IMG/VR virus record: IMGVR_UViG_3300021085_000113
Span: 1 to 33,981 of that record
Source of the DNA: a virus
Lineage: Duplodnaviria; Caudoviricetes
Reading direction: 5' to 3' (one strand)
Length of the DNA: 33,981 nt
A program made the translations under genes and the position numbers. Below the pieces are notes generated by a model. That model ran no database searches and was not told where the DNA came from. It saw nothing but the letters and a program-made list of their open reading frames with translations. Of this stretch, positions 1-7,348 are shown in pieces (the first letter of the stretch is position 1; each line of letters opens with the position of its first letter).

Positions 1-123
1 GCTAAACCTAAGAAGGATGCCTGTTATCGGAAGGTGAAGGCAAAGTACAAAGTATTCCCTAGTGCATATGCTAGTGGGGCAATTGCCAAGTGCCGGAAGA
101 AGGGCGGGGCGAAGAAGAAGTAA
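1..123 (+). CDS. 5'-truncated Lys-rich small phage protein
   Basis: Frame 1 read by hand: AKPKKDACYRKVKAKYKVFPSAYASGAIAKCRKKGGAKKK*; resembles a conserved hypothetical motif I recall from aquatic phages. Confidence 0.75.
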   Translation, partial: AKPKKDACYRKVKAKYKVFPSAYASGAIAKCRKKGGAKKK

Positions 124-124
124 G

Positions 125-388
125 ATGGCGGTACGGAAGGGAAAGGCAGGGTCTAGCCTAAAGCGATGGTTTAAGGAGAAGTGGGTAGATCAGAATGGCA
201 ACCCTTGCGGGGGAGGAAAGAAGAAAGGTAGCAAGAAAAAGGCTACTAAAGGAGTAAAGAAGTGTCGGCCTAGTAAGAAAGTTTCAAAATCAACACCCAA
301 GACTTGGAAACAGGTTGGGAAAAATAAGAAAAAATTAGTAGCTCAGAAACGCAGGGTCGGGATGGGCAAACGAACAAAGAAAGCATAG
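125..388 (+). CDS. Lys-rich small phage protein, 87 aa (LKRWFKEKWVD...CRPSKKVSKSTPKT type)
   Basis: ATG at 125 lies 1 nt after the upstream stop; the track's start at 62 overlaps the upstream gene. Confidence 0.75.
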   Translation: MAVRKGKAGSSLKRWFKEKWVDQNGNPCGGGKKKGSKKKATKGVKKCRPSKKVSKSTPKTWKQVGKNKKKLVAQKRRVGMGKRTKKA

Positions 389-390
389 TT

Positions 391-492
391 ATGCCATACG
401 CAAAAAAGAAAACTACAAAGAAATTTAAACCATGTCGTGGATGTCCGACTAAAGCTGCTTGCACGAAAGCAAAGAAGTGTAAGAAGAAATGA
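391..492 (+). CDS. 33-aa Lys/Cys-rich micro-protein MPYAKKKTTKKFKPCRGCPTKAACTKAKKCKKK
   Basis: Hand-translated, below the ORF-track cutoff; fills the gap exactly; ATGA overlap with the next ORF; CxxC-x5-C-x5-C. Confidence 0.7.
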   Translation: MPYAKKKTTKKFKPCRGCPTKAACTKAKKCKKK

Positions 493-590
493 AGGGCGGA
501 CATTGTTGCAGTAAGTGTGCAGGCAAGGCGAAAAAGAAATCGCCAAAAAAACGACCTGTTAAGAAGAAACCCACAAAAAGGAAGTACTAA
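489..590 (+). CDS. 33-aa Lys-rich micro-protein MKGGHCCSKCAGKAKKKSPKKRPVKKKPTKRKY
   Basis: Hand-translated; ATGA overlap upstream and TAATG overlap downstream. Confidence 0.7.
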   Translation: MKGGHCCSKCAGKAKKKSPKKRPVKKKPTKRKY

Positions 591-841
591 TGCCAGCTAA
601 GAAGAAAGCATGTAAACCAACAAAGGGGAAACGATTTGCAAAACGAGTCGCAGGAAAGTGCCGTAGCTTTGGACAAAAAGGAAAAGCCAAAGATGGTGGA
701 GACCGCATCAGGCCTGGCAGTGCTAAAGGTCATGCTTACTGTGCAAGAAGTGCGAAAATCAAAAAGTGCAAGAAGCCACCGTGCGCTAATGCTCTTTCCC
801 GCAAAAAATGGAAATGCCGTGGCAAAAGGTCAATGAAATGA
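590..841 (+). CDS. Lys/Cys-rich small phage protein, 83 aa
   Basis: ORF track; FGQKG...RIRPG...YCARS...SRKKWKC motif; coupled at both ends. Confidence 0.8.
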   Translation: MPAKKKACKPTKGKRFAKRVAGKCRSFGQKGKAKDGGDRIRPGSAKGHAYCARSAKIKKCKKPPCANALSRKKWKCRGKRSMK

Positions 842-951
842 AAAAAGGTAAAGGAAAGAAGTCTGCGTGTGCGGTTAAGAGTAAGAAAGCTTTTTCTGCT
901 GGCATGAACATTGGTAGGAGAATGAAGAAACCTAAGGGCAAGAAGAAGTGA
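838..951 (+). CDS. 37-aa Lys-rich micro-protein MKKGKGKKSACAVKSKKAFSAGMNIGRRMKKPKGKKK
   Basis: Hand-translated; ATGA overlap upstream, GTGA overlap with the MazG-like start. Confidence 0.7.
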   Translation: MKKGKGKKSACAVKSKKAFSAGMNIGRRMKKPKGKKK

Positions 952-1238
952 ACGACTTAATTAAGAAGGTGGTTCGTTGGCATAAAGACCGTAACCTTAT
1001 AGACGGATCCGATGATAAGTCTCAGGTTATGAAGCTACTTCAGGAGTTGGGTGAATTATCTGACTCTGTGTGTAAAGGTGAGGATATAATGGACGATATC
1101 GGGGATATGCTCGTTGTCATGATTAATATCTGCGAACGCAACGGCGTGGAAATAGAAGACTGCCTTGGGGTTGCCTATGATGACATTAAGAACCGTAAGG
1201 GTGTTATGCTAGATGGAGTGTTTGTAAAAGATGACTGA
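948..1238 (+). CDS. MazG-like nucleotide pyrophosphohydrolase
   Basis: W..DRNL, KLLQELGEL and DDIGDMLVV acidic metal-binding motifs, C-terminal RKG..LDGVFVK. Confidence 0.85.
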   Translation: MNDLIKKVVRWHKDRNLIDGSDDKSQVMKLLQELGELSDSVCKGEDIMDDIGDMLVVMINICERNGVEIEDCLGVAYDDIKNRKGVMLDGVFVKDD

Positions 1239-1542
1239 GGGTGAAATAAACGAGAACGCCAGTGCTAAGGTGCAACTTGCATTTGCCGCGAAAGTAATTG
1301 CTTTAGTCGGGACTGCTGTTTGGGGGTATAGCGTAATTGTCAACAGGCTAAACACCATTGAGAACGATGTGATTAGAATGCATCACGAGATGGAGTTAAA
1401 TAGTAATTTTAGATACACCTGGCCAAGGGAAGGTGAACTGCCTGCCGATGTTATGCAAAACATGAACATCGACCTAATTAAAGAGAGATTAGGTAAGATT
1501 GACCAGAAGCTGGACGAACTAAGGAATAAGCAAGGTGGATAG
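1231..1542 (+). CDS. Membrane-anchored coiled-coil protein
   Basis: One hydrophobic segment (LAFAAKVIALVGTAVWGYSVIV) followed by heptad-like helices. Confidence 0.65.
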   Translation: MTEGEINENASAKVQLAFAAKVIALVGTAVWGYSVIVNRLNTIENDVIRMHHEMELNSNFRYTWPREGELPADVMQNMNIDLIKERLGKIDQKLDELRNKQGG

Positions 1543-1720
1543 ACATACTCATATATTAGATACCTCACTAGTCAGGTATACCGTTATAACCCATCTTGAA
1601 GAATGGGACTGGGATAATTTTTTTACAAAAGTAATAGCGAGTGGAACATGCAGTAAGGTAATAAAACTAATTAAAAATGAAAGAGGACGAGACACAGTCA
1701 CCGAGTACGAGCCTAGCTGA
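1535..1720 (+). CDS. Hypothetical protein
   Basis: GTG-start ORF that fills the gap between its neighbours. Confidence 0.4.
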   Translation: MDRHTHILDTSLVRYTVITHLEEWDWDNFFTKVIASGTCSKVIKLIKNERGRDTVTEYEPS

Positions 1721-1892
1721 ACCTGGTAGTGTTTACTCTGGTAATGTTAAGCAACTATGCGATGACATCGATAAGGGGTGGCGATACTTCTGGCGAAAGC
1801 GTGGATTCATTGAACCCCCCTCTTTAGTTGATGAAGGTTTTAAATTTGGGAATATGAACTTTGAAAAGAAGCCCACTAAGAAGAGTAAGTAA
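1677..1892 (+). CDS. Hypothetical protein
   Basis: ORF track; operon context. Confidence 0.55.
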   Translation: MKEDETQSPSTSLAEPGSVYSGNVKQLCDDIDKGWRYFWRKRGFIEPPSLVDEGFKFGNMNFEKKPTKKSK

Positions 1893-2118
1893 GAGGAGAC
1901 AAAGCGAGTTTCGAGAGTACAAGAAGTTAGGAGACGATTTCCTTAATGGGAAGGTATGTGAGAAATGTGGGAAACAAAGAAAGCTTGATATCCACCACAA
2001 GGCGGGTAGGGGGCAATTCTACCTAGATGTAAGCACCTGGATGGCGGTATGCCGAGAATGCCATGACTATATACATAAGTGGCCCATTGAGAGCAGGGAG
2101 AATGGATGGTTGGTATGA
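1861..2118 (+). CDS. HNH endonuclease
   Basis: CEKC...DIHHK..R...CRECHDYIH zinc/HNH signature; basic N-terminus. Confidence 0.85.
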   Translation: MKRSPLRRVSKRRQSEFREYKKLGDDFLNGKVCEKCGKQRKLDIHHKAGRGQFYLDVSTWMAVCRECHDYIHKWPIESRENGWLV

Positions 2119-2369
2119 GTAAGGACTACCATGAACAGACTGATCAGTTTCAGATAGAGCTTACTGACTTAATTAATAAATACACCATTGGTGACAAAGA
2201 CTCTCCGGAAAAGGAAGTGCTGAACTCCCCACTAGAACCAAGGCTTAACTTCCAGACATTAATTGGTTGCTTGCAGTGCGAAATGCAAGAACTCATGATG
2301 GTTGGAATGTCTCAGGAATTTACTGATGACGACTTTGCTGAAGAAGGCGATAACCCCGCACAGCTTTAA
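2115..2369 (+). CDS. Acidic hypothetical protein, last gene of the rightward block
   Basis: ATG 2115 overlaps the HNH stop (ATGA); 3' end overlaps the convergent gene by 50 nt. Confidence 0.55.
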   Translation: MSKDYHEQTDQFQIELTDLINKYTIGDKDSPEKEVLNSPLEPRLNFQTLIGCLQCEMQELMMVGMSQEFTDDDFAEEGDNPAQL

Positions 2370-2562
2370 TATGCCTACATACCTTAAATGGCTTAACCCC
2401 CTTCTTGAGCTTTGGCGCCATATTGCACACAAACCATTCGCAACTGCACTCGCCAAAACCGTCATATTCATTCATGTCAACCATATGACACACACTGGGC
2501 TGCTTGAGTGAGCGAACTAAGTATGTGCCATCATCATACGGCTCTACATTATTGAACGCCAT
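2320..2562 (-). CDS. SWIM-type zinc-finger protein
   Basis: GECSCEWF...CRHI (CxC...CxH). Confidence 0.7.
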   Translation of the reverse strand: MAFNNVEPYDDGTYLVRSLKQPSVCHMVDMNEYDGFGECSCEWFVCNMAPKLKKGVKPFKVCRHIKAVRGYRLLQQSRHQ

Positions 2563-2791
2563 CTATTGTCTCTATTGGCTCTATTGTCTCTATTGGCTTA
2601 TTGTCATTGACCAATTTAAGTAATTCCTCCTGAACTAATATAAGATTGTCTTTAAGTATTTCCTTTAAGTCATCTTGCTTGCAGAATTTTATAGCGTTCT
2701 GCCTTAATATAATTTCTTTCTCCAATTCTTCCTGCTTTGTCATAATTTTATTTCCCGTTGATTGCCTAATACACCCTTCAATTGTACTCAT
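2549..2791 (-). CDS. Hypothetical protein (start 2791 or 2743)
   Basis: ATG 2791 is coupled to the upstream stop; helical ORF ending in a PIETIE duplication. Confidence 0.55.
   Translation of the reverse strand: MSTIEGCIRQSTGNKIMTKQEELEKEIILRQNAIKFCKQDDLKEILKDNLILVQEELLKLVNDNKPIETIEPIETIDGVQ
2562..2597. repeat. Perfect 18-nt tandem duplication TCTATTGTCTCTATTGGC x2
   Basis: Copies at 2562-2579 and 2580-2597. Confidence 0.9.
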
Positions 2792-2874
2792 GTGAGTACC
2801 CACCCCCATATCATAACTATTATTAACATTAGTAGTATGAACCCTGTATCCTTATACATATCATCCCATTTCAT
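2788..2874 (-). CDS. 28-aa single-pass membrane peptide MKWDDMYKDTGFILLMLIIVMIWGWVLT
   Basis: Hand-translated; ATGA overlaps at both ends; one hydrophobic helix. Confidence 0.6.
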   Translation of the reverse strand: MKWDDMYKDTGFILLMLIIVMIWGWVLT

Positions 2875-3077
2875 GATTTTGTTACCTCAATTACATGTGA
2901 AAACTCACATCCCATCATTTTTGCGTAATTAATCCCTAACTTTTCTGCTGATTCACTGTCTCGCTGATCGACTTCAAGGATTTTTTGAACCACTTTTCTG
3001 TATGGTTTTTGCATTTGGCGGATACCAATTATTTGATATGTCTTCATTCTTTTTTGCCTTACTTTATGTTTTCCCAT
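2871..3077 (-). CDS. Hypothetical protein
   Basis: AGGAG Shine-Dalgarno just upstream of ATG 3077. Confidence 0.6.
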   Translation of the reverse strand: MGKHKVRQKRMKTYQIIGIRQMQKPYRKVVQKILEVDQRDSESAEKLGINYAKMMGCEFSHVIEVTKS

Positions 3078-3128
3078 TTTATCTCCTGTGTGGTGGTGAA
3101 ACTACATCCTGAGTGTCCCACATAAGTG

Positions 3129-3524
3129 CTAATGCTTCATAGTAATCGGTAGAAACGCCTTCACCGGGACAAGTAGAAGGCGGGACGCACTCTTGAATCC
3201 TCCGTCCACCTTCTTTAGTTGGTGAAACATCGCTTTTAGATGCTTCCTCAATTTTTCCACTTCCACTACTAGAATCGCATCGCTCTTCCTCGGATTTATC
3301 TTGTTTGTTAGTACCACGCACCACCATTTTGCTTCTGTTGTTGATATGCCCGAAGGCTTATTTCTAAATTTATACTCGATGGCAATATTACCTGTTTTAT
3401 GCCATATTTTATCTGCCTTTACTTCAATTGTTCCATCCCCCTCGAAGATTTGACGAACCTCACTTTCATGGTGTTCGCCAAACTCGAGGGAGATATCCCA
3501 ATTACCTTGCGTCCACTCTCCCAT
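3129..3524 (-). CDS. PD-(D/E)xK-fold nuclease-like protein
   Basis: IEVKAD...TGNIAIEY...PSGISTTEAKWW motif, common in phage hypotheticals. Confidence 0.65.
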   Translation of the reverse strand: MGEWTQGNWDISLEFGEHHESEVRQIFEGDGTIEVKADKIWHKTGNIAIEYKFRNKPSGISTTEAKWWCVVLTNKINPRKSDAILVVEVEKLRKHLKAMFHQLKKVDGGFKSASRLLLVPVKAFLPITMKH

Positions 3525-3904
3525 TACCAGGGGGCGTCTTCTTCTCCGCCTTCCTGCTCTGCCTTAGTGGTCAAGTATCTCATCTGATAACACCTGTAAG
3601 AAACAGCCCTATTGAGCTTAGGTTTACCGTCATCATCCCTGACTACATTACCGCTCTTATCCTTAACCTCCCAAGTTCTTATCCAGTCTTCACCTTCAAA
3701 GTAGGCAGGCTGCCCCTTCTTCAATGTTGCGAGGCGTTCTGCCACTTTATCCCATCCTTCGAGTTCATAAAAAGACGCTTGGTCTTCTCCACCAACCTTG
3801 CGATTTACCGCAATTCGTACCTTGGTCAACTGTCCGTTTTCCGTCTTTTTTGTCTCTGGGTCAGCAACCAACCGACCTATCTTTGTCCACTTACTTAGAT
3901 TCAT
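3524..3904 (-). CDS. ssb: Single-stranded DNA-binding protein
   Basis: IGRLVADPE, RIAVNR, W.KVAE..LKKG..YFEG OB-fold pattern; acidic tail EEDAPW. Confidence 0.9.
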   Translation of the reverse strand: MNLSKWTKIGRLVADPETKKTENGQLTKVRIAVNRKVGGEDQASFYELEGWDKVAERLATLKKGQPAYFEGEDWIRTWEVKDKSGNVVRDDDGKPKLNRAVSYRCYQMRYLTTKAEQEGGEEDAPW

Positions 3905-3921
3905 AGTATTTTTGTTTGTTC

Positions 3922-5205
3922 TTAGTTAAGAGAGGGTTTAGTCCTCTCAATAAATTTCTGTATAGATGCCTTAAATTCGACCTCTATTGGCCCCAATCTT
4001 CCATTCCTTTGCTTGGCGAGCTCGATATAGGTGTTTTCATCTCCACCTTTACCCTCCTTTTTCCATAGCATGAGAACGATATCGGCATCTCTTCCCACTC
4101 GGTCTGAGTCTGCTAAGTCGGAAACCCGAGGGCAGGCATTTGTTTGATCTGCATTCCGGTTAACTTGTGACAACATTATGACTGGAATTTTTAATTCTTT
4201 TGCTAACGCTTTTAAACCCCATGTAATTCCGGCAACTTGCTGTTCTCTTGGTGCTTTTCTGTCTTCGGGGCGAACTATTTGGCAATAATCGACAATTACC
4301 ATATCCAAACCTGTTCTTGCCAATTTCCGTGCTTTCGCTCGAATTGTAGCAACTGACATATCTCCTGCATCTTCCATGTAGAGTGGAGCTTTCCGAAGAA
4401 AATCTTTTGCTTTCTCAACGGCATCAATTTGACCTTGGGTCATCACCTTATCCACCATGACCCGAACGGGTACTCCTGAGACATTTGCGAGCATTCTTTC
4501 CATCACTGACTCATTGACCATTTCGAGTGAAAAGAATTGTACCGTCTTTCCTGCCCGCAAAGCCCCCAATGCCATTTCAATTGAAAATGCGGTCTTACCC
4601 ACGGATGTCCGTGCCGCAAGGGTGATTAGGTCGTTTTTTTGCCAACCACATGTCATTTTGTCAAGTGAGCGAATACCGCTCGGTATTCCATTAATTCCGC
4701 CAACTTTCTGCCGTTCGAGAATACCTTCCCACGCTGAGTCAACAACTTCAGCACCCGTTTTTAGCTTGGATTTTTCCTTGAGGGAAAGCTTTGAAAATTC
4801 ACTCCCACCTTGCTCAACAACATCAACCGCACGGCTCCCTCTTTCGGACGCCATTTGGATAATTCCATGACATGCCTCAATTGCTTGCCTCTTGAGCCAC
4901 AAACCTTCTGTGTCTTCGAGAAATTTGCTGAAATGTGCCGTTGTTTCAACCCGATCGAATGCCTCAATAACCTCAGTCCTAACCTCTTCTGGCATGGAGA
5001 AGGCGATTGAAATATCATCCACCTCTCTACCTTTTTGGTCCTCGGAAAGCATTTGCTTTGCAATTTGCTGATGGAGCGGATCCATAAACCATTCTGGCGA
5101 GAATCCACGTTCGAGAGCGTCTGCCCAATTTTCTGTTCTTTTTCCAATGCACCCAAGCAACCCTGCTTCGATGTCCGTGTCGTAATTTTTAATTTCTAAA
5201 TTCAT
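3922..5205 (-). CDS. dnaB: Replicative DNA helicase, DnaB family
   Basis: Walker A AARTSVGKT, FSLEM, Walker B IVDYCQ, LKALAKEL.IPVIMLSQ, AKQRNG. Confidence 0.95.
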   Translation of the reverse strand: MNLEIKNYDTDIEAGLLGCIGKRTENWADALERGFSPEWFMDPLHQQIAKQMLSEDQKGREVDDISIAFSMPEEVRTEVIEAFDRVETTAHFSKFLEDTEGLWLKRQAIEACHGIIQMASERGSRAVDVVEQGGSEFSKLSLKEKSKLKTGAEVVDSAWEGILERQKVGGINGIPSGIRSLDKMTCGWQKNDLITLAARTSVGKTAFSIEMALGALRAGKTVQFFSLEMVNESVMERMLANVSGVPVRVMVDKVMTQGQIDAVEKAKDFLRKAPLYMEDAGDMSVATIRAKARKLARTGLDMVIVDYCQIVRPEDRKAPREQQVAGITWGLKALAKELKIPVIMLSQVNRNADQTNACPRVSDLADSDRVGRDADIVLMLWKKEGKGGDENTYIELAKQRNGRLGPIEVEFKASIQKFIERTKPSLN

Positions 5206-5899
5206 CTAAATAATATCCGTCTATTTCGTTAATTGTTTTTGCGTCTTTATGCTTTTCGAACCACTCGGGGTGCTTCTTCTCCATCCACTTGAGTACCGCT
5301 TCTAAGCTTTCTCCACCTTTGACTTCATCCTCTTTCTCAGGCCTCCACTCGGGGTTGTTTCCAATCCATTTGTTGAGGGCATAACCCCATTTTGCGAGAG
5401 GGGTTCGTCCTTGCTTCCAACCGTTTGCTTCGTAGTGGGCAAAGAATTGTTCAGCTTTTCGCTGAGGGTTGGGAATGCGTCGTTGCTTGAAATACTCCAA
5501 GCATTCGGCGAAATCCTTCGGCTTCCTGTTTTCCCCAATGTCCTGAGAGGAAACTTTTTTCTTTTTGACCCCTTTAGGGGGTTTTTCTTTTTGGGAAGGA
5601 GAGGGGGGAGTGGGGGGAGAGGGAACCCTTTTGCTTTTAGGTTCCAATGTGGCACCACTTTCCTTTTCAGAATTATCAGTGGAATTATGCTCAACCATAG
5701 TAGTAGTCTCGCTTTCCTCATGATTCTCACCCACTTTATCATTTTCAAATGTGGTGCCACATGTGGTGCCACCCAATTGAATGGCAAGTAAAACATTTGC
5801 CACACTATTTTTCGACTCACCCGAAAGGTGCGCCAAAGCCTCGATTCTAGTGATGATTTCGTCACTAGTTCGGAGGTTGAGTCTGTTTCGATTAGACAC
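5189..5899 (-). CDS. Replication initiator with RHH-like N-terminus
   Basis: Directly upstream of dnaB; low-complexity middle with PPTPP; C-terminal AEQFFAHYEANGWKQG..W..W motif of phage initiators; internal DNA repeats. Confidence 0.7.
   Translation of the reverse strand: MSNRNRLNLRTSDEIITRIEALAHLSGESKNSVANVLLAIQLGGTTCGTTFENDKVGENHEESETTTMVEHNSTDNSEKESGATLEPKSKRVPSPPTPPSPSQKEKPPKGVKKKKVSSQDIGENRKPKDFAECLEYFKQRRIPNPQRKAEQFFAHYEANGWKQGRTPLAKWGYALNKWIGNNPEWRPEKEDEVKGGESLEAVLKWMEKKHPEWFEKHKDAKTINEIDGYYLDEFRN
5645..5772. repeat. Putative origin iterons GTGG-NN-CCAC
   Basis: ATGTGGTGCCAC tandem at 5749-5760 and 5761-5772; inverted GTGGCACCAC at 5649-5658. Confidence 0.55.
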
Positions 5900-6230
5900 A
5901 TTTTACCTCCACTTCCGTGACTTCGTTCGAGTACCCTTTGATTTTCTCTTGCGAGACTTCGAGGGTGATGGACGCTGGGTCATCATCAGGGATAATGCCT
6001 GTGAGCCTGAGCGAATCGATGAGATGCTTACACCCCCCATAGAGGTTGTCGACGTCGAGGAGCCTGACTCTAAAGCTTTTAATTCGGACATGATGGCGAG
6101 GGCGACCACTAGGTTCATCTCCTTTTTCTCCTTTAGCCTTTCCCATGGACCCCACCTCAGGAGTTGATTTAGACTTGGAATCCGTTTTGCTATCTTGAAG
6201 TTTATTATTTCTCCCTTTTCCATCGCTCAT
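5892..6230 (-). CDS. RusA-like Holliday junction resolvase (frame with the catalytic part)
   Basis: VRI.S.R.RLLDVDNL.GG.K.LIDSL...GII.DDD motif; start coupled to the upstream stop. Confidence 0.75.
   Translation of the reverse strand: MSDGKGRNNKLQDSKTDSKSKSTPEVGSMGKAKGEKGDEPSGRPRHHVRIKSFRVRLLDVDNLYGGCKHLIDSLRLTGIIPDDDPASITLEVSQEKIKGYSNEVTEVEVKCV
5903..6223 (-). CDS. Overlapping ORF carrying a RusA-like N-terminal strand, PSLN and helix
   Basis: IINFKIAKRIPSLNQLLRWGPWERLKEKK resembles the start of RusA-like proteins, which the other frame lacks. Confidence 0.5.
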   Translation of the reverse strand: MEKGEIINFKIAKRIPSLNQLLRWGPWERLKEKKEMNLVVALAIMSELKALESGSSTSTTSMGGVSISSIRSGSQALSLMMTQRPSPSKSRKRKSKGTRTKSRKWR

Positions 6231-7348
6231 TTCGCTCTTACTAGCGCCTCCGCTTTCGGCTTTTCGGTGATTATCCCTTCAAGGATTTGTTCCAATTCTT
6301 CTACTGCATCTTTTCTTTTCAATGTGGCACCACTTTCATTTCTCTTTTCCATCCAAACCTTAACGAGCTTAGAAATAGAAATGCTAGTAGTCGTCAGTAG
6401 GTCCTCCCATTTAAGTAGGTTGGTGTCCATGATTCTCTCAGCGCAAAGGTTGGCGTCACTTATTGACTTCACTTTTCCACTCGAGCGAAGTTTCCAACCT
6501 TCCACTTCTTCACCATTACCAAGCTCTTCCTTAGCCCTAGACTTAACTGCACTTGCCCATTTTTCTGCAAGAACGGCAATTTCTAATGCCCACCCTAAGT
6601 GAGTATCATCTGGATGAAATCGATAGTCAGCACCCAAATGTGCCTCTTCTTGAATTGTGCCGGCAACATCTGCGCAATGAGCTAAACCATTGCAGAACTT
6701 GCACTGCTTCAAGCCGACAACTTTTTCCGCAGTTTCCTTATTAGCCTCAGAAACAATAGTTGTTACTAGACTTTCTAATTGTTCCAACCTTTCAGTAGAA
6801 TACTCAACTAAGCTAAAAGAAGGGGAGGGAAACGGCTCCACCAATGAGCAGTACATTTTCTTCATCCCTTCACTATTTCTATAAACTGCCAAAGCTTGCG
6901 CGAGTAACTGAATATTATCAGGGGCAGGGGTATGGTCACCATAAAGAGTTTTCCAGTCCACTAGAAGGTATATGCCACCCTCATACTCCCGCAAAAGGTC
7001 GTACTTAGCGGAATAAACCTTATCTTCATTTTGATTCAACCAAAGTCTTTTTTCCAACCATTGGTTGGAATGATTTGAAACTCCTGCTTCAAGTTCAACT
7101 TTTTCAAGTAACATTAATGCCCTTTTAGTACATTCATGTTGTTGGTCGTCCTCAATAGAATCCAAGGTTATGTCACCTCTTATGACCTGTTCAATTAGGT
7201 CATGTCTGATAGTACCTTCATTCGCATCACTTCCGCCACTAGAGGGGAACATCTTTTGATAGTTCCAACTACCTGGGCATAGCTTCATTTGCTCTATGCC
7301 ACTTGCAGATGGTAGCCCTTCTCGTTCGTCCTTAGGCTCCGAATCCAT
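6227..7348 (-). CDS. PD-(D/E)xK exonuclease, Cas4/DUF2800-like
   Basis: SAS...CPGS, EGT..H, YDLL...VDWKT, QL motif, CKFC.....C cluster. Confidence 0.8.
   Translation of the reverse strand: MDSEPKDEREGLPSASGIEQMKLCPGSWNYQKMFPSSGGSDANEGTIRHDLIEQVIRGDITLDSIEDDQQHECTKRALMLLEKVELEAGVSNHSNQWLEKRLWLNQNEDKVYSAKYDLLREYEGGIYLLVDWKTLYGDHTPAPDNIQLLAQALAVYRNSEGMKKMYCSLVEPFPSPSFSLVEYSTERLEQLESLVTTIVSEANKETAEKVVGLKQCKFCNGLAHCADVAGTIQEEAHLGADYRFHPDDTHLGWALEIAVLAEKWASAVKSRAKEELGNGEEVEGWKLRSSGKVKSISDANLCAERIMDTNLLKWEDLLTTTSISISKLVKVWMEKRNESGATLKRKDAVEELEQILEGIITEKPKAEALVRAK

Noticed and set aside
62-388. 108-aa ORF starting at 62
   Set aside because: The first 21 codons overlap the upstream gene 1-123; ATG 125 is the better start
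5593-5623. G-quadruplex-like purine tract
   Set aside because: Explained by the PSPPTPPSPS coding linker common in phage initiators; a structural role cannot be supported
3079-6167. Long alternative-frame and antisense ORFs (3079-3327, 3428-3898, 4457-4870, 4761-5156, 5302-5901, 5411-5791, 5781-6167)
   Set aside because: Shadows of well-supported genes with no recognisable motifs; their abundance also means an open alternative frame alone is weak evidence in this region
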